A stretch of DNA of 64,000 nucleotides, from contig JAYWIR010000010.1 in assembly GCA_036172245.1 (NCBI GenBank), positions 62,001-126,000 on the forward strand. Direction: 5' to 3'. Each line of letters opens with the position of its first letter. Positions within the stretch are counted from its first letter, which is position 1. The notes beneath the pieces are model-generated. The model was not told the DNA's origin and did not search any database. It saw nothing but the letters and a program-made list of their open reading frames with translations. This document shows, piece by piece, positions 14,250-25,944 of this stretch. Made by a program: the position numbers and the translations under genes. The stretch is from Raillietiella orientalis. Its lineage: Eukaryota.

Positions 14250-16140
14250 TCTAGAATCATGTCCCTGCGTTTCGGGAAAGAGTAGCTCGATTACCCGAAG
14301 CAAAAAGCTTCCATTCGGACCGGAGAAACTGAGAATCTGTTCGGAAAGCCATCCTCTGGTACCCCGCTTTCTCAGAGAATCCAGAAGGGAATGAAGAGGA
14401 GTGGCCACCGGAGAGCAGCAGTGAGTATTCTCGGACGGAACCCAAGCCGAAAAGATGGCTGTGGTTCAGTTCGAAGAAAAGTAAGAGCAAGCTGAACGGA
14501 GTGAAGGAAGCGGGGAGCAGGCCAAACGAGCCAGAACCTGTTGCTCACGGTTTCCTGACTACCGAGATAAGCTCCAAGAAGCTCGAGGAAGCAACCTCGT
14601 TCTTCAAAAAAAAAGCTCACTCCCGAAGAGAAGTAGAGTAAGGAATGCAAAAATTGGGGGAAAAAAGGCAGCAAGGAAGCACGGAAGCGAGATAAGAAAC
14701 TGGAAGATGAACAGAACAAAAAGAGAAACAAGGAGCAAAGACAGAAAGCAAAAGGGCAACAGGAGGAAAATCGGGGATTCAAGAAGAAATCCGGAAGCAA
14801 ACGGAATCGGTTGGTGTTGAAGAAGCCAAAAGTTCAGGAGCAACAGGAGACGAAGGAACACGTGCCTGAGAATTGCAAAAGGCAAATGGTTCCGGGTGAC
14901 GACAAGGAGGCGGCCGAAACGATTGCTTCCAAGCAGGAGCATGGAAACGGCGAACGAACGAAGACCACGAACGAAAAGGCGAAGAAAGGAAAAACGCTAG
15001 CTTGCTTCCGGTTCTCCAGGCACAGGGGAAGGAGAACCGGAGAAGATGCGACCCTGGCAACGTCCTTGCCAGGGAACGAACCTACGAAACGCGAAGTCTC
15101 GAGCAAACTGCGAGGCAAAGACGGAGGCGGCGACGTAGCCAGGGAGCAGGAAGAGCATTCCCTGCAGATGCTGCTCACGGAGCCGAAGCGGAACGAAGGA
15201 AACGACTGCCGCCATTCCCGAGTCTGGGGAGCCGATGGCGCCGAACTGCCCTCGGCAGCTGTGGATGGGTGCGCAGGCACACATAGCCTCGAACTGCGAA
15301 GAAGAAAGCAGACCTCTCCAGATGGGTGGCTGGTCAGCCGCAGCGTTCAGTGCGACTATGGAGATTATTGCCGAGAAGGTTGGTGGAACGGGTTCTGCAT
15401 TCCGGCCACTGCACACGCGTCTGCTCCCGTTCGGTGCCCCGGGTGGAGTTTGCGGATGCGCGTCGCTCGTTCTGCACGTTCGCGCACGAACGTACGCGTA
15501 CGTGTGCGTGGCTCGTGTGGAGCTCGCAACGCGTTTGCATGCGTTTGGTCGAGAAACTTGCTTTTTGTTCGCTTGTGCGCGAAACAAGGAAGGACGGAAA
15601 AGAAGAAGAGCCGTTGCACGTGTTCTTGACCGGAAGCCGGTAGAAGGGGTGCGCATTTCGGAAAAGTGCAGGCTTGTCTGGAAAGAGCGCCGCTGCGTTG
15701 CCTTCGGGAATTTCACAGGCGCGCTTTGTTCTTCAAACTCTTTCCGGAACCAGGTGGCCATTTATCCGAGTGCAAGCTGCTGCGAGAGCATTTTGTCGAG
15801 CCGAACGTTCCGCAAGCAAGGCAATTGCACTTGGGATGCGAAGAAAAGCAATGATAATTTCCCTTCGCATGAACGTTTCGTGTGCTTCTCTCATGGCAGC
15901 GTTGCGACGTGATGGCGGTGGCGGGAGCGGTGCGCTGACGGCTTGCGAGGCACGCGTGTTGCCACTCGCGTTGTCCGATCGGTTGAATGCATGAAAAATG
16001 CTAATGAGACGCTTCTTGTTTTTCCCAAAGGGCAAATCGAGTCCGTGGTCCCGGCACTGGAATCCATCTTAATACTATTGGAGAAAGTAGCCACGAAGCT
16101 GGAAGCTACAGCAACAGAGGCCGAACAAAGGGCATCCTCT
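14250..16140 (+). pseudogene. Degenerate Lys/Glu-rich segment followed by a CAP/Srv2-like N-terminal coiled-coil exon; 15700-16130 is an inverted copy of 25480-25830
   Basis: ESILILLEKVATKLE resembles the CAP RLE-motif helix; nucleotide inversion match to 25480-25830. Confidence 0.45.
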
Positions 16141-16350
16141 CATTTTTGCCTCACATTTGAATCTAACGCTTTTTAACTGCTTCCAATGTCAATATGCACC
16201 CTGCGCGGTGAAGTGAGAGCCAACTTTCGTGAAACCACTGCTCTCCAAAGTCATAAAGATGTAGTTTTAGCCACAGCGGTTTCCATCCAGAGGTGACCAA
16301 GGCACCAACAGTCAGAAGATTGAACGGCGTTGCGCTCCACGTACATATTG

Positions 16351-16442
16351 GAACCCTCCTCCCCATCTTCTGTTCCCCTTGTTTGGGAACACAGTTCCTA
16401 GATGATATTATTAATTAACGTCCCGGCGCAACCGGGTAATAA
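16351..16442 (+). mobile_element. 5'-truncated (92 bp) Tx1 family E insertion
   Basis: Matches the 3' UTR at about 47370-47454; perfect 12-bp TSD ACGTACATATTG at 16339-16350 and 16443-16454. Confidence 0.9.
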
Positions 16443-17213
16443 ACGTACATATTGAGAATCCAAACCGGCATGCCTTCCAAACATTCCGTACCAGGCGAAC
16501 ACATTTTCCACTTTTCTCCCACTCATGCACATTAGTGGCGCAGCCTTGTGCAGCCTCAATATTCTTTCGAACCGTAGTGGGAAGACTTTCAGACTATGTG
16601 CACTGATAGTGAGACTATTCGAATGACTCGAAATAGGAGATTGGGACTGATCTCGTGGTTTCTGCCTGAATGCCCTGTTCCCTGTTGCACGCAGCATCAA
16701 CTTGCTAACTGAATTCCCTTCAGTAGCCATGATGTCGGTAGACTGGAGCCGTGATCCAAATACCCACGGAAAAAAAAACTTATTTGGCTCTCGGATTCGT
16801 GCGCGCTACCGACACTCATTGAACCCCTTGTAAACCCCGAGTACGACTGTGTCTGAATTACCATGCGCTCTTCTCTGACCGATGCTCACTCTGTAGTATA
16901 CTTCAGATTGCTTAACCCTTCACTTCTCGCCCCGTTCCGAGAGTGTGTCCAAGGTTGCACCCCCTATCCTGACGCAGGCACGGCAGGGGTAAGGGGCCAT
17001 TTAGAACCAGCAGCCATATGGACAAAAGGGCTACCAGACGACAAACTTTATATTCATCCAAAGTGATTTCATTTCCATTGCCAATGCCACGAGCAGTAGA
17101 CTTTCCTCTTGAAATTCAAGGCCAGTGGTTCGGAACTTGAGGAAACTACAAGAATAAGAAATTCGAGAAATTCTAATCTGGAAAACTAACACCTTACTCC
17201 ATCACCATTTCGG

Positions 17214-17275
17214 GATGCGCATACATGCTAGGCCACATGTCTGAAACGCAATGTGGCCTAGCATGTATGTGCATC
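17214..17275. repeat. 25-bp inverted repeat with 12-nt loop (hairpin)
   Basis: GATGCGCATACATGCTAGGCCACAT and ATGTGGCCTAGCATGTATGTGCATC pair with a single G-U. Confidence 0.9.
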
Positions 17276-17536
17276 TACAGATCCCTACAGAAGCCCATTT
17301 TCAGCATGAACTATCAACCACTACCCACCAGCACCCTCTTCTTGGTGTGTTCAGCAAAGTGAAGGTTTTCGAACACAGTACACGAGAATGCTACCCACAC
17401 TCGGCTTTCGAACCGAGCGTCCATCTTGATTCCGTAGAATGCCTTTAATCTCCACATATGCGTGTGCCCTCATCAGTAGAGACAATTGGTTACTGGTTAT
17501 CTGCCAGTAAGCTTCAATTCAACGGAATGACGATGC

Positions 17537-17620
17537 AACTCTACGCTCTACCAAAGTCACAAATGATACCCCAAATAACACCATCAACATTCTAAATCTT
17601 CCCTGAACAGCTATTAACAC
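17537..17620 (-). pseudogene. nad1: NUMT: 5' end of mitochondrial nad1
   Basis: Invertebrate mitochondrial code gives MLMVLFGVSFVTLVERSV (cf. ND1 ..AFLTLVERKV); lies downstream of rrnL. Confidence 0.6.
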
Positions 17621-17849
17621 ACTTAGCTTTTTCACTAAAGCATTCCAAATTTCCAATCACTTCTTACTAAGAAACTCTACTCTTCAAATTAAATATTCTA
17701 TTAAACCCCATTTTAAACAGATTTAAAATCCATCCATGAAACATTAATTTTTCAACCAAATTACATACCAAACACTGACACCACCATACTCCATAAAACT
17801 TTACAGAAAAATCATCCACGTATATTTAGATCTTTCGTTAATCAAAAGG

Positions 17850-19620
17850 TATTTCGGCTTTCCAACCCTTTCGTACTAAGAAACCATATTCGAATTCAAG
17901 GATGGAAACCAATCTGGCTTACATCGATCGTGGCAGGAGACGGCGTTGCTATTTCTGCACTGGGGACTGTTAAGCAGAGCACGCCTGTCTCACTGGACAC
18001 TGGAGAACGTGGATGCCCGAGGCGTCGCGTGAGGTGAAAGAGAAACCTTCCCGCATCTTGCCCTCGAGTGTGTCGCCCTGGTTGGACTCTGGAGTCGAAT
18101 CGCCCCAATCCTCCATCTTCCAGTAGGCGACCCAAAGGAAATTTACCGTCGCCTCTTTCTGCGTGCAGCGTCTCTAGCAGTCCTCTGCTGTGTGCGCGGC
18201 ATCGCGCAAAGGTGGCACGCCAGAAGAAGAGGCCTAAGATGCAGGGACGCCATCCACTGGACGACGATCTCTTTGGAGACGGCGACAAGGTGGCGTCTGA
18301 CTCTCATGGTAAATGCAGAACTTGTGTGCATCCTGAATAGGATACAGAGGACTGACCCAGGCGCCCAGTGATCCCTTCCCTGCCCCCCACTCCCTCGTGT
18401 AACTGTTTCCCTCCCTGTTATTTCTCTTTTTGTTTCTTTTTGTTACAGTTTCCCCTCCCCCTGAGCCTCGGGAAAGGACCTAGCCGGTCTCGGCACCGAC
18501 TCCCGACACGTCTGCCAGCAAAAAAACAAAAAACTATTAACAGATTTTATTAACTAATTTTGTAGGAATCAGATTAATAAATGCCCCAGCATATCCGGGT
18601 GACAAACATCGATTCAAACTCAAATCAAGTCGGTTTTTCAGTTCAACAGACTGTTGCAATAAACCTTATTCACCTTATGGATATCTTATGGAAACATCAT
18701 TCAACATCGAGGTCACGAAATTTCACATCAATTAGAACTTTCCATGAAAGTTACGCTGTTATCCCTTAGGTGACTGTTTCTTTATTTGAAAATCACTATC
18801 ATTCATATAAGATTACCAAACCATGAAGATAAATTCTTCACCATCCGCCCCACATAACATTCCATCAAAATCTCTTCTTACTGCCACTCTTTCAATTTCT
18901 CAAAGACACTTGTTCTCACGGGTCTTCTCGTCCCTTGAATTCATAATAGATTTTTCACTAAAACATGCAATTCGAAAACACAAAACAAGACAGCTTTGCT
19001 TAATTCAATCCTTCATTCAGGCTACCAATTAAATAGCTAATTATTAGGCTACCTCAGCACTGTCAATATACCGCAGCCGTTTATTACACACCGAGCAGAT
19101 TATACCTTATATCATTCATAAGAAAATGTCTTTAAGAAACAGTTTAAACAAATTTTCGCCGAGTTCCTTGTAATATTCTTACATTACAGCTTAACTTTAC
19201 TTACCATTTCACTAATTGAAACATTATTTCACATAAATTATAATTAATCATATTCCATTTCTATAATACTTTAAAAATTAACATCAACTTAGTATAAAAA
19301 CCTTAGAATAGCTGCCTTAAAGCCCATGACCTATAATTACTATTACCTTTACAAAAAAAACAAGGTTATCCCTGATTTATTATTTATTAATAATTAGAAA
19401 CATCAATTTGTCAGCATATCACTTCACAATAAAATTTTACCATATTTTGTTATATTTAGCAATCATTTGATTTAACTCATCAATATTCGATTATCAAATA
19501 TAAATTTTTAATTAATTTTACTCTGATGCAAAAGATAATTAATTTTAATACTTTATGATTAATTACCTGAATCCTTTTCATTACATTTCGTTATCTCTAT
19601 AGAATGAAATTTATTACTAA
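17850..19620 (-). rRNA. rrnL: NUMT: mitochondrial large-subunit rRNA copy, split by a Tx1 insertion at 17929-18605
   Basis: Minus-strand landmarks: GACGAGAAGACCC, GGGATAACAGCGT, GACCTCGATGTTGAAT, TGATTTGAGTTTGAATCG, sarcin-ricin loop TAGTACGAAAGG. Confidence 0.9.
17929..18605 (+). mobile_element. Insertion ending in a Tx1 3' end, inside the NUMT rrnL
   Basis: TGATCCCTTCCC 3' UTR start (about 18369), terminal AATAAATGCCCCAGCATATCCGGGTG; flanked by ACATCGAT at 17921-17928 and 18606-18613. Confidence 0.85.
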
Positions 19621-19699
19621 TAATTTCATATTTAAACTGAACAAAACTTCAAATAATCATCATCAAATTTCCCTTTACCTTAATTAGTAATTAGCCCCC

Positions 19700-20220
19700 C
19701 CGCCTAGATACGCCTTCCGGCACATCCACTATGTTACGACTTATCTGACTTTATATCAGAGCGACGGGCGAGTTGCATTCAACGATTATCATATTCAATT
19801 TACCTTTCTCAAATAAATTTACAGTTAAATCCTATTTCAATATAAAATTACATGCATAGATCCAAATGTGAAATATTGTAGTTCATTCAAATTATTCTTT
19901 TTCATGCTGCATCTTCGTTGAAACTTTTAATTACCTTTCCTTAGGAAAATGAATTACTCTTAAATAATCGAATCAACGAAATCGAACTTACTTATTCAAT
20001 GTTTCTATTATAGAAACATTGAAAAAGTAAGTTCGTCGCGGATTATCATTAGCCTCCACGAAATAGTTCTTATCAACACTAATTCAGACAAGTCTTCCTC
20101 TTTATTCTTCAATATCCACTATTTATATTAGAGTACATGATTCTATTTCATCAATAATAGCTTATTAAAATTTAATATTTCAATATGAAACCAAAAATTT
20201 TTATTTTAAATTAATAAAAG
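19700..20220 (-). rRNA. rrnS: NUMT: mitochondrial small-subunit rRNA copy (3' part)
   Basis: Minus strand has AAGTCGTAACATAG..GGAAGG terminal hairpin, CTCGCCCGTCGCTC and GATAATCCGCG. Confidence 0.9.
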
Positions 20221-20269
20221 ATCCAGGTCGAGCACTTCCTGTTTGGAAAGCATGGTGCTCAGCTTGCAT

Positions 20270-21705
20270 TCTCATGTCCTCTAGGATAACGTCCCTGTGG
20301 TTGAGGAAGGCGGAAGTCCATTGCCCGGGGCACAAAGCTTGCAAGGGGACGGAAGACAGCCAGGTACCTTTGGGAAAGCCGTCTGCTGTTACCGTTTCTT
20401 CTCAGAAACACCCCAAGCAAACGGAAGAGGAGTGTTCGCCGGCAGTCGGCAAGCCTTTCAGCATGGAAGCCAACTCGAAAAGGTGGCCCCCTATTCAGTT
20501 CGGGGATGGGCAGCCGCAATTTTCATGGAGTGCAGCCGAGGGGGAGCAGCGAAAGCGAGGACACTCTGCCTTTGGAGGAAACTCCTCCGAAGCCGCGCGA
20601 AAGCACGTGGCTGTTGAAGAGAAAGTTCACTGCAGCAGAGAAAGAGAGCCTAAAATTCAAAAAGAGAGATTAAGAAGCCATACGATGTGCAAAGAGGGAT
20701 CAAAAGAAGATGAATGCTAAGCAGAAGAAGCAGAAAAACAAGGGAGAAAAGCAGATTGCGAAAGGCCAAATGGAGGAGAATGCGGAGGGTCAGAAGGAAC
20801 GCAAGCAGCGTGGCGTGAAAAAGCCAAAAAGCTCAGGTCGAGAGGAACATGGAAGAAGAGGGAGCTGCAAAGAGCGAAATTGTACCGAGGGAACAGGAAG
20901 GAGCTGCAGGAACCACCAGTGCTTTGAGGAAAGGCTATCAAGATGTTGCACACAGCAAGGCCCTGAACAAGAAAGTCCCATCACGTAGAAACACGGCTTG
21001 CTTTCTATTGTGCAAGCACAAGAAAGGGTTGGAAGAGGGGGCATTGCCCTCCTTGGGAAGGAACCAACAAACGAACCCGGAACGCAAAATGGGAACACAA
21101 GCAGCAGGACTCTTGCACGGGGGAAGAAATTTTGAAGTATTTTTTTTTATTTCTCAGGTCAGGAAGGAATTTTTAATTCCTTCCTCAGGTCTACGGGTCG
21201 GGATTCCAGGAATGTGCGCAGAAAGACCACGATATTTGGAATGTAACAGTCGATTCACCGGAAATCACACCTCCCGAGGAAACGGAGATATCGGCCGAGG
21301 ACGCGTCCTCGAAACCCGAAGAGAAGGACCGTCTGCAGGTGCGTTCTTCATCAGTCGGGGCGTGCAGTGCGACGGTGCGGTATCGTGACATCTGTTCGCA
21401 CAAGGTTGGTCAAATAGGTTAGGGATTTCCTTTCCCCGGGGCATTTTTCTCCGATGCGGAGATTCTGTTTCCCTCGTGTCGCTCCTTTGGACCCGCTGAC
21501 CCATGAAGGATGTTGCTTCCTTCCATTGCAGAGAAAACCTGGGAAACAATTTTCACGGCATTGGAATCCATCGTGGGACGATTGGAGAATGCAGCTGTCA
21601 GGCTGGGGGCTGCCTCAACAACGCTGGACCAGACTGGAGAGGAAGGGCACGGGTTGGCTTCCAAATGCCCAACTCCAGAAACCCAGAGTGTCGGAATTCC
21701 GTAAG
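20270..21705 (+). pseudogene. Second degenerate Lys/Glu-rich + CAP N-terminal unit (paralog of 14250-16140)
   Basis: ESIVGRLENAAVRL at about 21560-21605; K/E-rich broken ORFs upstream. Confidence 0.4.
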
Positions 21706-22869
21706 AATATGAGAAATAAACAGATGTTCTATCCAAACAGATAAATGCATTATATACACAAGTGTATTATATCTTATTATTATTATATACGGATATAATT
21801 TATTCTAATATGTTTCTAGATAGATATGCATGTGAATGTTAGTTGTAATGTACAATAATGTATGCGTGTTATGCAGATTATCAAAGATTACCAATTGTAC
21901 TTTGGATCCCTCTTATGTAGCCTGGGGATTGTGGTGAAGTCGCACTTGGATGTACACGATCTCCACAGGACAGAGTTCAAAAGTCGTTTTGCATCCGGTT
22001 GACTATCAGAGCGTTGCTGCTGTGCATCCTAGCAAAAACGAGAAACTTTGAATTTCAATGACAACAATTTCTGTCCAGGTCATAGTTCTCTTGGACATGA
22101 GAAACATAGATTACATTCTGTTTCGTGAGATTTCTTCTAACATATTGCTCTTCACTTTTACCTTGGAACTCGAGCACTTTCTGAAATTCCAGTCTGACCT
22201 ACGGTTCTTGGAAGAGTTGCATAGAGAAAAGGAAAAATGGAATCTTATGAAGATGTGTGCACATGTCCAATTTTCAGTTACTCATGAAATCTCATGTATA
22301 ATGCTTTTCTGCACAAATTTGTTTTCTATCCCTTTCGTGCATGATGGTTTCAGGATATAAGAATGCCCTTGTTTGGCCCTCGTTTTCAAGAGACGCCCGT
22401 TGCGACCTGTCCCGGCGAGGTGCTAACTGATAAGTCGGTAAGGAAAAAAGCTTACTTGTATGGACATTTTCTTTTCAAAGAACAACTCGTAAGAAAACTA
22501 ATGTGAGAATGGAATCTTTCATTTTCTGTTTCGATAACTAAAGAAGTGATACTTCACGAAATAAGCGCCATCATTTGATGATGATTTTTGGTTGCGTGCA
22601 TGCGTGTGTGTTTTTTGACACGTTCCGCATGCAGTGCAAGAGAGGAATGTAATTTCCATGGAGTTGCTTTACGCAGCTGCAACACAGACAGCTGAACAGT
22701 CACCATTTCGTGAAGTTTGTCCAGCTGGAATGAAGAAACGTGAGTGGTGTGCTAGACAAGTTGATTTCGATGCACCAAGTCACGTCCGAATAACACAGGT
22801 TTGCCACAGCCATTAAAGATTCAAACAGAGAGTGCATGAAAAGTGAGATGTCCATGCGAAGGATGAGGT

Positions 22870-23235
22870 TGGACGCCCATGCGACGAGTTGATCCTGCGA
22901 TCGGGAGGGCGCCCTCACATCCCACCGGAAGGCAACTGTCGTCTCTGGCCACGAAAGCGGAAAGCTCTACCGCAAGGGGCGTGCCGTCTAGGACAGTCCA
23001 CTTGCGATGGTCTTCCAACACTTCCTCCACCGGACACAATGGCGAAAGGTGCACGCAACAAAGTTTCACAAGGATCTCTTGACGACGCGTTACCCCTGAC
23101 GATACCGCCACGTGTTCCAGTTCGTCGGGCGGCACGGGATCCAAGAATGGACAGCCAGGAGAGACAACGAGCTGTCTCAATGGAAGGTGCAGCCTCCTTT
23201 GGCGCGCTGGGCATACGGAAGCAACGAAAGTAGCA
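22870..23235 (-). mobile_element. Tx1 family E-like ORF2 internal fragment
   Basis: LCCVHLSPLCPVEEVLEDHRKWT..TPLA matches LRCVNLSPYCPVGEVLEDQDHWT in ORF 45014-47248. Confidence 0.85.
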
Positions 23236-24479
23236 ACTGGGGATGACCGATAGCTTGAAGAAAACTCTTCAAGTCGAACACCGAGTAGATTTGGTATACT
23301 CGTAGACGCCGTGTATCAATGATGATTTATTGGAACAGGTACACTCATCCGTCTGAGAATGCAGAATGAGGGGCCATTAAAGTGGAGTGTTGTTTTCTTC
23401 ACGGATCCGTTTTGCGAAACTCCAATCGGAGTACCGTGGACCGCGCACGTGCCACCATCCCGCTCACCAGCCTGCTTGCTGTTGTCGCACGCAACAAGCA
23501 TAGCATGCGCCAACGAACCGTGTCTTTGAGGCAAGCGCGCGTTCCACGCACTGCTGCTGCGCTGAACAAAAAATCCCACGCCTCTTCCGTCCTTCCGCGA
23601 TTCGCCCTACGGGCGTGTGCTGCGCTGATCCCGACGCTCGTACGGGATGTACGGGAAGGGCCGGTGCACAAGCGCGAGGATATTCCAGGGAACGGGACGC
23701 GCACGCCTTGGATGGTCACAACGTACAAACGACGAAAGACGGGACGAGAAAAGAGGAAAGCGACGAACGGGCCGAATTGTTCCCGAGAATGGGGAACAGC
23801 GAAGATCGAGCCAAAGTGCGAGAAACGCTCCCGTTTCCCTTCCTTCGCACTTTTCTGCGCATGAGCGTGCACCGAACCAGGATGAAGTGGCACTCGCCAA
23901 AGGCATTGCTCGAGCGTCGGTTGTGTGACGTCAGCACGGCCACCTCTCACTTCGGCAACGATTCCCGTTGCTTAGCAAAGGAGATTTTTCCTGACGGAAG
24001 AACTTGCTGTGTGCTGCTTGCGAATTCGGTTGTTGTCGGATCGACTCGCGCTTTTCGTGGAAGAGATCGCAACTCAGAGTATCGTACTGCTGCTGAATCC
24101 AGCGCTTATCTACTTGTGCATCTACTTGTGAATTCGGAAGTTCGTAGCGGATAGCGAATCTCAACAGGAAGTAATTTGCATTCCTGAGAATTCAGAACTT
24201 CGGATTCGCTTACAAAACCAATCGGATAGCGAGTCTTGTCGCTTGTAGCGTTTTAGCTTATACCCCCAAAAAACACATCTTGCCTATCCTGCTACCGAGG
24301 TATTCCCAAAGGATTACCGTACTGCCAACTTAGAAAACCCAGTGGTTGTAAGGCAGCGGAGAAGCAGATCCAGAAACACAGCTGAGCACCGGTAAGATGA
24401 ATGCAAGGTCCATGTGAATGTCTGAAATCCTGTGGTGCACGTGTGACGCAACTAGTGATTCTTGGCCTGTGCACGACTT

Positions 24480-25560
24480 CCAGGTCGAGTCCCTCGCAAT
24501 TGGGAAATGTGCTCCACCTGGATTGGCAAACTGTGCAATTCGACAATAAGATCATTCTCGGCTTTGCCCAACACACATGATCATCTCTGGAAGAAACGAG
24601 CAAGCACAATTCTGGATCATCCCTTCAGCCTGAAAACTCACTTTTCTTTCCATTCTTGGAGGATGCACTTCACAGGGAGTCGGCATAAAAACATCATGTC
24701 TTTCACACCATCCGCGGAATAATGGCTCTACGAAAAGGAAAGAAACTTTCCAAATGCATGCCATAGAACCTACCATGGTGACCCAAAGGATGGCTGCCAC
24801 ACTCTGGCTGATCACGCACAGGTGAACATGCGTCTCGGTGTCGCGCTGACTTTGCTCGAATGCCTCGATCTGCACGATGCACTCGGAAAGCGGTTGAAGG
24901 AGGTCGAGCACTTTCGAGTCGTCGGGTTCCGGCGAGCAGCATATGAGTTGCATCAAACGCCCCTGGATCCTGCAACAGGAAAGGAAGATGGTTAGCAACT
25001 GGGAAACCGAGGAGAGGGAACCTTCCATCGTGGCCTTGTGAACACCAAGCGCTTACTTGAATGCTTTCAGCACCATGTCCGAGTGCTTGCGAACCGCTTT
25101 CGAGATTTTGGCCGACAGATTGCGGTAGACGACCAAAGATCCCTTCCCAATTTTGGCGTAATCTTCGAGCTACGCATTGCTGATTTCTGGAAACAGCGGC
25201 AGACATGGAATCGATATTCTGGACAATGTAGCAAACTGTTTCTCAATAGCCAACTATTAGCAACCTGTTTGTGAGTTGATGAGCCAAGCCGTGTTAGGTG
25301 GAACGAAACCGAGAATGGATGTTGGAGCTCATCTTCGCTGCAACCGTCGCACTGGCAATTTCGGCTATTTTAGGTTGAGCGGATGTGCACATTGGACTTG
25401 CGGGCAAGCAGGAAGCAATTGCAAGCGATTAGTCGCAATTACTAAAGCCATCCAACTGTTCTACGCCAAGTTTGGCCTCCGTTGCTGTAGCATTTAGCTT
25501 CGTAGCTACTATCTTCAATCGTGTTAACAAGGATTCCAGTACCGGGGCCACGGACATGGT
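24480..25560 (-). pseudogene. CAP: Adenylyl cyclase-associated protein (CAP/Srv2) N-terminal domain, intron-containing and degenerate
   Basis: Exons give ..AVRKHSDMVLKAF / ..KVLDLLQPLSECIVQIEAF..HLCVISQSVAAILWVTM / ..ILQEWKE / DDHVCWAK; GT-AG introns at 24970-25056 and 24728-24773. Confidence 0.75.
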
Positions 25561-25834
25561 TTGCCCTTTGGGAAAAACAAGAAGAGTCTTTTCAGCATTT
25601 TTCATGCATTCAACCTATCGGACAACGCGACGGCAACATACGTGCCTCCCAACCCGTCTGCTGACCGCTCCCGCCACCGGCATCTCGTCGGAACGGTGCA
25701 ACGCGAGAAGCACACGAAACGTTCATACGACTTGCTGGAATTGCCTTTCTTCCGCAACTGTGGCGTTCGGCTCGACCAAATGCTCACGCAGCCGTTTGCA
25801 CTCGGAGAAATGCCCACTTTGTTCTGGAAAGAGT

Positions 25835-25944
25835 TTGCTGGCTTCCATCTGCAGTCGCTCGCGGACTGGGACGACTTGAAGAGCTCAGTCCGCGAGTTCT
25901 GCAACCAGTTTCCCCTGAACCGTCTCCCTCCAGGTTTCGGCGTT
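25835..25944 (+). mobile_element. Tx1 ORF2 linker fragment
   Basis: LQSLADWDDLKSSVREFCNQFPLNRLPPGFG. Confidence 0.85.

Noticed and set aside
19620..19700. tRNA-Val between rrnS and rrnL
   Set aside because: Expected by position, but I could not identify a convincing anticodon arm.
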